Below are positions 37,740-48,800 of a stretch of 64,000 bases of DNA, piece by piece. The stretch's first letter is position 1, and each line of letters begins with the position of its first letter. The DNA is taken from contig JAKMXF010000321.1 in NCBI GenBank assembly GCA_024704765.1, forward strand, positions 1,054,001-1,118,000, in the 5' to 3' direction. This DNA comes from Oopsacas minuta (Eukaryota > Animalia > Porifera). The translations under genes and the position numbers were made by a program. Below the pieces are notes generated by a model that worked only from the letters and a program-made list of their open reading frames with translations, ran no database searches and was not told the origin of the DNA.

Positions 37740-38350
37740 TTATGCTTATTGCTCTGTTGTGTAATATATCATTAAACCTTGTTTATTTGTATGTACACTA
37801 CGTATTATTAATTAATTTTATTTTCGTTGTTATCAATCTGTATGTAATGTATGTTCTCCATAGACCGCTGTACAAATTGGTGAACGCTGGTTAGCCCACA
37901 TCTCGCCTGGCCCTAGTAGTTATGTTTAAGAATAACGATATTAATTATTAACGGTGTATCCATGGTTTCTTATAACGAAGTGCTCTGGACCCCCGGTCAA
38001 TTCGTTATAAGTGGTATTTCGTTGTGAGCAGAGTAAATCAATAAATTTCAAGCTACAGGGGAAAAGAATTACTGTTATACCGGGAGTTTACTAGATTGCA
38101 TTGACTTTATAGTTTATACCAATATTAATCTCTTCATGGTCTTATAGGTCTATTTAATTATCTTTCTATCTTCATCTATCATTGTAGTATATTTCATTTT
38201 ATTCGATTATCTTAAATACAATTACAATCACTAATCCGTACCATTTACCATTAGTCACAATCTCTACTATTGTAATATTAAATAGCATACTTTTTCATGT
38301 CATATATATAATTATATACAATTCTTAAACTTTTCAAATTTCTGTATAGG

Positions 38351-39781
38351 ATGCCTGGGAGATCAACAGCTGAAGAGTACGTGAGCCCTGGACCCTCACA
38401 TTACTCTCCCAGAGACACTATAACAGCTCATGCTACACCCAAGTACTCTATGATAGGTAGAGACTCATGTGCTATACCCAACACTCTCCCCTACCCGTCT
38501 CCTGCTGACAGAGATATCAGTACAGATCTGCTACGTGTACAGACTAGGTATATTTCTCAGAAAGGGAAGGGTACCACGTGGCCCTACGGTACTAGGAAAG
38601 ATAATCACATAACAACTAGTCCGGGACCTAACCTTAATCTGGTGTACAAGAACTTAGGTAGTTCTGAAGGAGGAGCTTGTCTCTCAGATAGAAACAAGCA
38701 CGGAATTATACAGGGATATCCTAGCAAATTTGCACAACCTGTCGATACGCTAGGATTCCAAACTCCAGGACCTGCTGAATATACTCCTCATCCTACAGAC
38801 ACCATACCTGGAGTTAAGAAGAGCTTTGGAGTAGTGTTACCCAGAGAGAGTGCTTACACCTGTACCCCTGGAGCAGGTAGCTACGAGATAGTAGGCTCAT
38901 TTGATGATACCACTGCTGGTCATAACTTTGGGAGACGTATAGAAGGATACACCATGGATATCAAGCCATCTCCTAACAAATACTACTTGCCTTCTACAAA
39001 TAATAAGAACCTTAGCTTTACTATGCAATCAAAGAATGAACCTGTATTCAAATCAAATGGAGTATCTCCTAACAGCTATCATATCAGTGCTACTAACTCT
39101 ACAGGTGGTAAATACTCCAGGAGTACAGGCATGCAATACAGAGCATTTGATGCTAATCCTACTATTGCTCCTACTGCTACTAGTTATGATGTTGATAAGC
39201 CATTTCATGCTGACACTAGTCCTCTCCACGCATCTAGATGTCTACCTGTATATCCGGATGTTCTGCAATACCCAGAGTTTCGTTCCTTATCAACTCCATC
39301 CCCTTCTCTCTACCATCCCTCCCTATCTCTCACTAGACCACTAGATCCCAGCTACACATTCGGAACTGCATTCCGCCGTTCCAGCTCGCTTACTCCCGCA
39401 CCTAACCGTTACAATACTCAAGACATTAAGACATCCAAACATCTACATGGTTCTTCTTATACCATGCGGCCTAGAACAGTGGATCTCTCTGCTGATTCTG
39501 TTAAACATCAATTACCAGGTCCTTCGGACTACTGTACCTATGAAGTTAAGACATCTACTCCCCTATATTCATTCGGCAGGAAACACTCTCATGAAGACAA
39601 ACTAGATATGAGTAATACTCCAGCTGATCTATCTCCTTCCACCTACCAGATCCCTGATAATATCTCTCACAGAGGAGTTATCAAGTCTCCTGCTTACTCA
39701 ATAAAAGGTAAGATATCTCCTAAGATGTATAACGGGTTCTCTAACTCTTCTATTCTTGTTAAGCTATCCTCCGTCAGCTAA
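38351..39781 (+). CDS. ODF3/SHIPPO1 (CIMAP1/STPG-like) PGP-repeat ciliary protein
   Basis: Repeated (S/T)PGPxxY motifs: SPGPSHY, TPGPAEY, TPGAGSY, PSPNKY, TPAPNRY, LPGPSDY, with YSFG / YTMR spacers. Confidence 0.85.
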   Translation: MPGRSTAEEYVSPGPSHYSPRDTITAHATPKYSMIGRDSCAIPNTLPYPSPADRDISTDLLRVQTRYISQKGKGTTWPYGTRKDNHITTSPGPNLNLVYKNLGSSEGGACLSDRNKHGIIQGYPSKFAQPVDTLGFQTPGPAEYTPHPTDTIPGVKKSFGVVLPRESAYTCTPGAGSYEIVGSFDDTTAGHNFGRRIEGYTMDIKPSPNKYYLPSTNNKNLSFTMQSKNEPVFKSNGVSPNSYHISATNSTGGKYSRSTGMQYRAFDANPTIAPTATSYDVDKPFHADTSPLHASRCLPVYPDVLQYPEFRSLSTPSPSLYHPSLSLTRPLDPSYTFGTAFRRSSSLTPAPNRYNTQDIKTSKHLHGSSYTMRPRTVDLSADSVKHQLPGPSDYCTYEVKTSTPLYSFGRKHSHEDKLDMSNTPADLSPSTYQIPDNISHRGVIKSPAYSIKGKISPKMYNGFSNSSILVKLSSVS

Positions 39782-40582
39782 ATTCACTTATATTACTTAA
39801 TTTTTGTAAGTTATTGTATTATTCGCGATGAACTCGATAATATATATATCAGTAGCTTGCGAAAACTATTTTGACTCAAAGTAACAAGTGAGAACCCAAA
39901 CATACATAAGCCATAGCAGAACACAGATAAGATATCCTACCGGAAACAAAAATTAGTCTGTATTAACCAAATACTACCATACTCTATATTGGTAGCCATT
40001 ATTCTCCAAATCGACTGCCCCTTTCAGTATTATAATAGAGATATATTTAGAACCATGTAATTCACGAATATACGAATATGACATATATATTATTGGATTA
40101 TTTGTAAGATCAACCCTCTTTGTAGCCGTTGAGAGCAAGTAACTACATAGATTTTTGCTAGTTTTAATTTATATTCATAACAATAATTTACATATGATTA
40201 ATCCAAGGGTGGGAAAATCGGGTTCAGCATGTTTGATATATTTGGTGAAGTTTTATTGAGTTTTTTATTTACTTCCTTGATAAACACGATAAACACATAG
40301 TTATGCGACAATTTCAACTTGCATACCGTAAATCCTTTCCTTGACAACGGACAAAAAACGAACAACAGACAGACAAACAATCATTGAGATTAATTAGGAT
40401 AATTTCTTTCAGGGAAATGATTCTCGATTAACCCAAATATAGTGTAGCCATTTAAATTACAAGAGGCTAGGCAAACGATTCGGTTACCTCTAGTCTACCC
40501 ATATTGTAATACCTTATCAAGGGTCCTACAGTATAAGTATTATTATTATTATTCTGTATTATGTATTAGCTAGTTAGTTAGC

Positions 40583-41092
40583 ATGCTCAGGTATTTGAGA
40601 AGTATCTATACACTCAATAACAGCAGTATTCTTACATCCCTGAATGTTAGAAGAACATTTGCTGATCTAGAAGATATAGTTCCAGAAAGAACTACTATAT
40701 CTCCTCTAGGAGTTAAGACTGATATGAGTGCTTCTGTAGTAGAGAGAGTTAATGTTAATGGATTCTTTATTCAAGGCAAATGGTATCTAGGATCAGTAGG
40801 CCTGCTTCCTAGACACATCTATAACTGGAGAGTTAAGTCATTTAGGGACATATCTCCGACTAATCTAGCTCTATTTGTCCTCCTCTATCCTCATTTGGAG
40901 CTGGTAGTGCTAGGTACAGGTACACGGATAGAGAGGGTAGACAGAGAGGTGATAAGATATCTTAGAGATAGCGGTATAAGTGTAGAGATACAGGACACTA
41001 GACATGCTGCTTCTACATTCAATTACCTGTTGGATGAGGGTAGGTCTGTAGCAGCTGCTCTTATTCCTCCTAGGAAGGTTACACTACTTTAA
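40583..41092 (+). CDS. NDUFAF3: Complex I assembly factor NDUFAF3 (Mth938 domain)
   Basis: Transit-peptide-like N-terminus; NGF.I.G...GSV.LLP, LELVVLGTG, GISVEIQDTRHAASTFNYLLDEGR.VAAALIPP. Confidence 0.92.
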   Translation: MLRYLRSIYTLNNSSILTSLNVRRTFADLEDIVPERTTISPLGVKTDMSASVVERVNVNGFFIQGKWYLGSVGLLPRHIYNWRVKSFRDISPTNLALFVLLYPHLELVVLGTGTRIERVDREVIRYLRDSGISVEIQDTRHAASTFNYLLDEGRSVAAALIPPRKVTLL

Positions 41093-41819
41093 TACATTAA
41101 TTATAGTTGTGGTTAGGTGAGAATATCTGTCACCATTTTATGCTGGCTAGTGCGATTAATAGAATAAATTGAAATTGTGCAAATATTCAGCCTGAATACG
41201 TCACAATTTCCACCTCCGTATACACCCAATCAGGTGCTTATCCAGAATTCTGGCCGGTACCATTTAATCCCCACACTTTCCTGGGATGCCATCTTTGGAT
41301 GATAACCTATTGATCCCCTGCACAAATTGAGTACATAGATATATACCTGTACCCAATTTAACCATTTCATTAACTACTGGTTTTGAAGATTTAAAATATC
41401 TTAATGAGTTAGACTTTAGCCATTGTTAGCTTAAACTAAAAGTAGTTTAGAATCCTCATTTTTCTTCAGTTACATAGTACAGTGGGTCTTCTCTAATTGT
41501 CTACCGAAGTGAACAACTATTACGAGATTTATGTATGAACAAGTGGGCAATTAGAGAAGTCACACATGCACTGTATTTAGATTTCTATGCAAATGCATTT
41601 ACTATTACTAATTGCTTCCTTCGTTGTTACAGAAATATTCTTCTCTTATTCCTTCTAATCGTTACATCCGTGAAATTGAAAAAATATTAATATCCTTTTA
41701 TCTTAATGTGTAGGAAGGGTATGAATGAATTCCTTGATATCTTCCCTAATTACTTATTGTAGTTGTAATAGCGTATATAGTTAATAATTAATTTATACGA
41801 ATTACCTATCTCTGCTAGA

Positions 41820-43469
41820 ATGCTACCACAATTCTTCTTTATGCTTACCGCAGCTTATATCCTATTATGCCTATATCTATATCTATATCCTACCGCTATT
41901 GCTAAAGCCATATCCATATCCACCAAGGCTAACATATCTTCTTATGTCTGGCCCTATCCTACCTCGATAAAATGCAGTGATAGAGCATTCCTAATCGCAA
42001 ACAAAGAGATGCATTTCGCACTGATGGAGCCTGGATTATTCCCCAATGCTCACCCTATCCTATTCCAGGCATTTGATGAGTACCATCATATTATTCTGAA
42101 CCTGACAAAACAGATCCCAGATTCTTTCACTCAGATTTCTAACAGTCATTTCAAGTTAGAATTCATTCAGCTTAATGTTACCCTAAAAAATGATGACGTC
42201 ACCTTGACATATGAGACCAAAGAAGACTACGTACTATCAGTAGATTATCCTGCCTCTACACTGACAGCTACTACTGTGTATGGAGCTCTGAGAGGGTTAG
42301 AAACATTCAGTCAGCTGATACTGGAGTACAATGACAGTCAGCTGTATTTGCATCAATGTGTAATAACTGATGCTCCTTACTTTAAGCACCGAGGTATACT
42401 CTATGACACTTCTCGTCACTATTTGCCTGTGTCTCTGCTCAAGAAACATCTGGATGTCATGGCATGGAACAAATTCAATGTATTTCATTGGCACATAGTA
42501 GACATACAATCCTTCCCTTATACCAGTACAATGTTTCCTGATCTGAGTGACAAGGGAGCTTACAGTCCAAGACATGTCTATTCTAAATCTGACATACATG
42601 ATGTAATCACATATGCGAACATGCACGGTATCAGGGTAATGGTAGAATTCGACACTCCAGGACATACAGCCAGTTGGGGGAAAGGTCAGCCAGATCTGTT
42701 GACAACATGCTACCAAGACGACAAGCCTGACGGTACATACGGACCTATTAATGCTATCTCTGATACTACATGGCCTTTCTTAACAGCTCTCTTCAAAGAG
42801 ATCGTAACTGATTTCAAATACCAGTACATCCATCTGGGAGGAGATGAGGTTAGATTCGATTGCTGGAAGTCTAACCCTTCTATCCAGAAGTGGATGAAGG
42901 ATATGAACTATACAGATTATGCTATGTTCGAGCAATATTACATGAGTAAGCTGATTGAGTTAATAGAGCAGTTAGACAAGAGTTATATTGTATGGCAGGA
43001 AGTGTTTGATAACGGAAATAAATTAAAAGAAGATACAATAATACATGTATGGAAGGGAGGAGCTTTATGGACAATAGAGATGAGGAAAATAACTGCTGCT
43101 GGTTATCACACCCTCCTGTCATCTTGCTGGTATTTAGATCTCATTAGTATTAAGCCTGATTACTATCGTTACTTCAGATGTAACCCTCTTGATTTCGGAG
43201 GTACCACAGCACAACAGAGTCTAGTTATGGGAGGGGAGGCTGCTATTTGGTCAGAGTTGGTGGATGGGACTAACTCCTTGTCTCGTACTTGGCCTAGAGC
43301 TGGTCCAACAGCAGAGAGACTGTGGACTGGTTCTAGTACTATCGGGATATCTGATGATGAGATATACGATAGACTGAAAAAGCACAGATGTAGACTGCTC
43401 AATAGAGGTATTCCTGCAGAGCCATTAGGGCCAGGATACTGTACATACCCCTGGGTATCTACAGAATAA
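41820..43469 (+). CDS. Beta-hexosaminidase (GH20, HEXA/HEXB-like), secreted/lysosomal
   Basis: Signal peptide; VYGALRGLETFSQL, RGILYDTSRHY, FNVFHWHIVD, EFDTPGHT, HLGGDEV (catalytic DE), GGEAAIWSE, WPRA..AERLW. Confidence 0.96.
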   Translation: MLPQFFFMLTAAYILLCLYLYLYPTAIAKAISISTKANISSYVWPYPTSIKCSDRAFLIANKEMHFALMEPGLFPNAHPILFQAFDEYHHIILNLTKQIPDSFTQISNSHFKLEFIQLNVTLKNDDVTLTYETKEDYVLSVDYPASTLTATTVYGALRGLETFSQLILEYNDSQLYLHQCVITDAPYFKHRGILYDTSRHYLPVSLLKKHLDVMAWNKFNVFHWHIVDIQSFPYTSTMFPDLSDKGAYSPRHVYSKSDIHDVITYANMHGIRVMVEFDTPGHTASWGKGQPDLLTTCYQDDKPDGTYGPINAISDTTWPFLTALFKEIVTDFKYQYIHLGGDEVRFDCWKSNPSIQKWMKDMNYTDYAMFEQYYMSKLIELIEQLDKSYIVWQEVFDNGNKLKEDTIIHVWKGGALWTIEMRKITAAGYHTLLSSCWYLDLISIKPDYYRYFRCNPLDFGGTTAQQSLVMGGEAAIWSELVDGTNSLSRTWPRAGPTAERLWTGSSTIGISDDEIYDRLKKHRCRLLNRGIPAEPLGPGYCTYPWVSTE

Positions 43470-43919
43470 CCTGATTTTATATGTATGTGTATGTGTGTAA
43501 TACTATATACAGATGACAGAGAATGAGATGTACGTATTTTCATATATTAAAGTTTAATCTTTCACAGAATACTAGATTCATGTATGCAATCTTCCATGAT
43601 ACTACATCTATACAATTATCCTAATTGGGAATGCAATTATTTGTCCTCTTAACTAGTATTATAGTATTGTACACACATTGTTGTACATTAACCTCACTAA
43701 TTGCTCTCGGTAGCAAGCAAGTATTAGTTCGGCTTCAATTAATATCCAATCTAATTGATTTACTCAATTTATGTTTTCAAATAGTTAATGAGGGAGGTTA
43801 AGGTTTCTCAAGGCTCTTTTGGTTATTGAAGTGCAATCTGAAGACGCATAACGAATTCCACTCTCCATTTCTTTGTCATTATAAATACTCTTAATAAAAC
43901 AATCTGATAAATTATAATA

Positions 43920-45350
43920 ATGGCAGATTTAATCAGAAATCCTTCTCCTCCTCATCAAGCGAAAACAGATAGCACAGAGCTGAAACAGCTGCTACAGACT
44001 CAGGCTGATGACGTCATCATGGATACTCTCTTCAGCAAATCCTGGCTGATAACTACAATGAACAGAGTAGTGCAGTATGTACAAAAGGGGTTGATACAGT
44101 ATCCTATAGCTAGTGCTAAACCAATAATCGTTGATCTTACTGATTCTAGTCCTGAGACAGGTGTAGTCTCTTCTCCTAAAAGAGCTAAACTTAACACTGA
44201 GAATGATACTGCAGTAGAATTGCTAGATTGTAAAGATAATGGAGAGACTAAAGACAGCACTAATCCTATACAAAAACCATCAATTGATAACTCAACAGAT
44301 CTAACAGATAAGAAAGGTGGAGGAGATACTACATCTACAGCAGCTACACTCAGTGATACGACTAACTCCAATAGGCTAGTCCTGGAGCTAGATGCAGAGC
44401 TAGAGAAGGAGTTCTGTAATCTGTGGGATGCTACAGTCAATCAGCACGTAGCTGTGTTCTTCAGTGAGAATAATCTAATACCTATTCTAATACACACCGT
44501 TTGTAACTCTAGATATCCCCGTCTGAATGAGATGTGTATGGGAGTACTAGCTAACATAGCTTGTAATACAAACATAGCTGAAAAAGAGTTCTCTTCTCCG
44601 CATATAGCTTGGTTCAGTTGTAACATGCTGACATGTGATGACCCTCAGACATTAATGGAGACTCTACGTCTCATAGAGACATGTGTAACTGACGAGAGTA
44701 CACAGGAAGTTTGGTGTAATGTATTCGAGGATCAGAAAGTTATTGATACAGTTCAGTTCATATTCGATAGCTCTACGAATACAGAACTTTTATTCTCTCT
44801 CTCCAGACTAGTAGATCTTCTTCTCGACCTCTGGTCTCCTCTCCTATACAAGTTCAGTACGGTAGAAATGACTTATGCACTATTTGAGGCTCACAGCCAG
44901 ATCATGCATCCAAGTCTGGAGACAGCTGTTAATATAATAATGATAATACACCAGTTGTCAACAGCTGATGAAGGAGTACAGGTATTGCTCAAGCTACACA
45001 CAACTATGGTAGACAGCTGCAGTAATCATATAATGATATTACATGAAGAGTTAGGACCTCAGCTAGCGTTTAGTGATGCTAGCTACAGAGCTGCTGTAGC
45101 CTTGCTTCAAATAACAGTAGATAGCATGAAAATAAAATTAGGTACTTTGTTGATGGAGGATGGGAAAGACTTCCTCGCAGTGCTGGGAGATATTTATCAG
45201 AAAAATGTTAAACTATACTGTAAAGAGGAGATGCCTGCTAAATCAAAATCTCCCTCAGTAACGAAATCGCCACTTATAAATCAGACAACAGAGAATTGTG
45301 AACAATTAGAATTACTTGAAAAGACTCACTTGCTAGAACAAAATATATGA
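43920..45350 (+). CDS. SAAL1: Protein SAAL1-like
   Basis: RNPSPP start, TLFSK.WL, LD.ELE.E.C..WD, PRL.E.C.G.LANIAC motifs as in SAAL1. Confidence 0.8.
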   Translation: MADLIRNPSPPHQAKTDSTELKQLLQTQADDVIMDTLFSKSWLITTMNRVVQYVQKGLIQYPIASAKPIIVDLTDSSPETGVVSSPKRAKLNTENDTAVELLDCKDNGETKDSTNPIQKPSIDNSTDLTDKKGGGDTTSTAATLSDTTNSNRLVLELDAELEKEFCNLWDATVNQHVAVFFSENNLIPILIHTVCNSRYPRLNEMCMGVLANIACNTNIAEKEFSSPHIAWFSCNMLTCDDPQTLMETLRLIETCVTDESTQEVWCNVFEDQKVIDTVQFIFDSSTNTELLFSLSRLVDLLLDLWSPLLYKFSTVEMTYALFEAHSQIMHPSLETAVNIIMIIHQLSTADEGVQVLLKLHTTMVDSCSNHIMILHEELGPQLAFSDASYRAAVALLQITVDSMKIKLGTLLMEDGKDFLAVLGDIYQKNVKLYCKEEMPAKSKSPSVTKSPLINQTTENCEQLELLEKTHLLEQNI

Positions 45351-45576
45351 ATATCAGTTGTGTATATGTTGTTTACCTTAAGTATTATAATGCATCAATT
45401 ATCCCATTGTTTCTGAATCCTGACTACTATTACTGTATGTGAGTTATATTACTAATTGCTCTCTAACCTATGGAGGGATTAATTAATTACTAATGATACA
45501 AGGAATTTCTCGATCCTTGTTGTTTGTGCTCGGTACTCCTCCGTGGACTGTCCTCACATCATTGCCCCCTATCGCT

Positions 45577-45784
45577 TGTGTTTCTGAAATATAGTTGAGT
45601 GATTATGCTAGATTATAATTAATTATGAGCCGTTTTTCGCGAATTTCGTCTGACATTATAACTCATCAATTTTACCCACCACAGATTGAATATCTTACTC
45701 AGCGGCAGCGGAGCAGACGAAATTCGCGAAACGGCTCATAATTAATTATAATTTAGCATAATTGAACTATATTCCAGAAACACA
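45577..45784. mobile_element. Foldback MITE / inverted repeat (~75-bp arms)
   Basis: TGTGTTTCTG.AATATAGTT...ATTATGAGCCGTTT(T)TCGCGAATTTCGTCTG mirrored by CAGACGAAATTCGCGAAACGGCTCATAAT...CAGAAACACA. Confidence 0.75.
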
Positions 45785-45822
45785 ATAATTCGTTTATATA
45801 ATTGTATACACAGTTAGCAATT

Positions 45823-48800
45823 ATGATGAAATGTAAATGTTCAGCGGACTTGCTTCCTCTGGAAGATATATGTTTCTACGCTAAGCATAGCAAATCTGTA
45901 GATCTAATGATAAGATATGAGAAAGCAAACAGCTTAGAATGCAAATTCGATTTAATTCCGGATAAGCCAAACTATTTCAAAATACTATGCGTCAAATGTC
46001 ATCAATCCGTTGGAAAGAAACATCCCCACGGTCCTAATTCCTCAAACATAATGGCCTTTGGAAATGATAAGGTCATGCTTCTAGAAAGGAAGCTGGGTAG
46101 TTCTAAAATGAATGCTTGGTATAACGTGTATAAAGACCCTCCATTTAATGAGGTACTCGTACGGAACTCTGATAATTTCTTCGGAATAGACAAAAGTACA
46201 AACACCCCTGATGCTAACCCAAATAACCAACAAAACTCTGTAACATGTCCTATTGTCTGGCCTGATTGTCAAAATGAGTCTGATTTTTATCTTGATGACG
46301 TTATAATGTCAGACGTTATACCAAGAGATTACCAGATAACAGCATATCTAGAAGCTCTACAGAGAGATCTTATCCTTGTACTCCCTACTGGATGCGGTAA
46401 GACACTTGTAGCTAGCATGGTAGCTGCTAAAATGAAGATGCTTAATCCTAACCACATGATACTATTCTTAGTAGACAGAATTCCTCTGGTATTTCAGCAG
46501 GGAGAGTCCATTAGTATAGCTACCCACCTGAATGTCTGTTCTCTTACATCAGAGCTGAATACAGATCTGAAACGTCGTAAACTGAATCAAGGTGTATATG
46601 ATGTTCTTGTAACGACAGCTGGCTCCTTCCTCTCTCTACTCAGTTGTTTGAATATTAATCAGTTCTGCTATGTAGTATTTGATGAATGTCATCATGCTAC
46701 TAAGGAACACGAGTACAAAGTAGTGCTGGAGAAAATCAAGACGTGTGATCCAAATAATCGGCCACGTGTTCTAGGACTGACTGCCTCTCCTCCTTCTACC
46801 AAGGGCCAGCTGGAAGATTTCAGAAGAAGTTTCTTCGATGCACCCATTTGTCACGACTTGTCCCTTACACACTATAAATACGCTACTCCCTCAATTGAGA
46901 AGTGTATTGTACGATCTGAACCAGACTGGCACTTGACTAATTACCTTCAAATATTAGAGAACGAACTCTATAAATTAGCAGATAGTATTAATGAACCCCA
47001 TTCCGGAACAAATAGTATTAATGAACCCCATTCCGGAACAAATAGTATTAATGAACCCCATTCCGGAACAAATAGTATTAATGCTCTCCATTCCGGAACA
47101 GATAGTATTAATGAACCCCATTCCGGAACAAATAGTATTAATGCTCTCCATTCCGGAACAGATAGTATTAATGAACCCCATTCCGAAATGATAGGCAAAT
47201 CTAACTGGCAGGATAAGAATAAGAGAGATCAATTATGCACGAAATTAGACTCTTTACAGGATGATGATAAAATAAAGAAAGATATTGAATCTATGAAGAA
47301 TATATGTAGGGTTATGACTATAACAGAACTATTAGGTGTAACGTATGCTAACAATACGTTAGAAGGTATGGATGTGTATTCAAGGTTGAAAAATGATGAT
47401 ATATTCTCTCCCAGGCTGGAAGGGCTGTTTCAAGAACTTGATAAGTTAGATTCATCATCTAAAATTATCATTTTTGTTCGCACACGTCAAATAGCTCACA
47501 TTCTGACTGATATTCTCAAGAGGAATGACAGCATTAACAAGAAGTTTTCTCCCTTGAAGATAGTGGGACAGTATGGACTGTTTGGTATGAGCTGGATAAA
47601 CGAACAAGAAGAGATCTTACAGAATTTCCGTGATGGATGCTGTAATCTTCTCGTGAGCACCTCTGTGCTGGAAGAGGGACTTGATATTCCGTACTGTGAT
47701 GTGGTCATCAGGTTTGACAAGATAGATTCATTGATCTCATACAAGCAGAGTAAAGGTAGGGCTAGAAAGCCGGACAAGTGTAAATTCATTCTTATAATCT
47801 CTGAGAAAGATGAGCAACACTTGACAAAGATACAAGAGCATGAACAACAGGTTAAACAGCTGTTAACAGATCACTTTACTGATGCTGCTGTCCCTTCAGA
47901 ATTCACTAAAAAAATAGAAATACAAATAATAAAAGATATAGCAATATCTGCTACTCCTAGTAACGCTAGTGAACTGATATTTGTGTCAGAATGTGCTGTT
48001 GAGTTCTATCTTGAAGGAATATTTGAGCTCTTTGATATAGGAGATGAAATTGCTAATTTCCTTAGAGATGATCACCATTTGATGCTTAACTTAATTGATC
48101 AAGCTAGAGATAAATCTAACTGGAAGAGCAAGAGTATTTTCCCGCCAGAAGATTCCCTCTTTATACTAGGCCTACATACCCAAAGTAGGAACGTTTATCA
48201 GCGCTACTTCCAGTTATCTATGGACTGGGACTATACCTTCATGAAAAATAATGTTTGGACCAAAGTACAGGTACCTACAAGCAAATCCTTGGACATAAAA
48301 TCAGTGTGGCCTATCACTAAGATCTCATTAGGTAGCTTCATAGACAGAAAGAGATATCAGTTGAGCGAGGTATTTGGAAAGAATGAAGATGAGAGCATAG
48401 ATATTATCGGACAATTCGAATTAGTATTGAAAGAGAATATTGAGATCAAGTTAACCTCAATTAAATTATTTATTGAAATTCCTTTCACTTCCATTCATCG
48501 CTTCGTCTTAACTCATTGGAAAGATAGTGACGTCACTCTATATCTACCGTTAAGCTACTGCCCCACAATACGTACTCATTATAGGGGTCCTAGACTGTCA
48601 TGTAACGAGTGTGACTATTTAAAATCCTTTGGAGATTATCCTGTATTGTCTGTGACACTGAAATACGATAAATCTGAATGGAGTGATATTTGGATATTCC
48701 TCCATTCTTCAGTTTTCCCTATCCCAGTATTTGATACTCAAGTTAGCATCAGTAAACATACACCAATAATACAAGAACAAAATTATTCACAGATTTCTGA

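Noticed and set aside
36500-44626. Antisense ORFs (36500-36829, 42297-42716, 43169-43543, 44000-44440, 44441-44626) and 13146-13433
   Set aside because: Shadows of well-supported genes on the opposite strand, with no recognisable motifs.
46968-47232. Three extra ORFs over the 30-bp repeat
   Set aside because: Stop-free by-products of the repeat in alternative frames.
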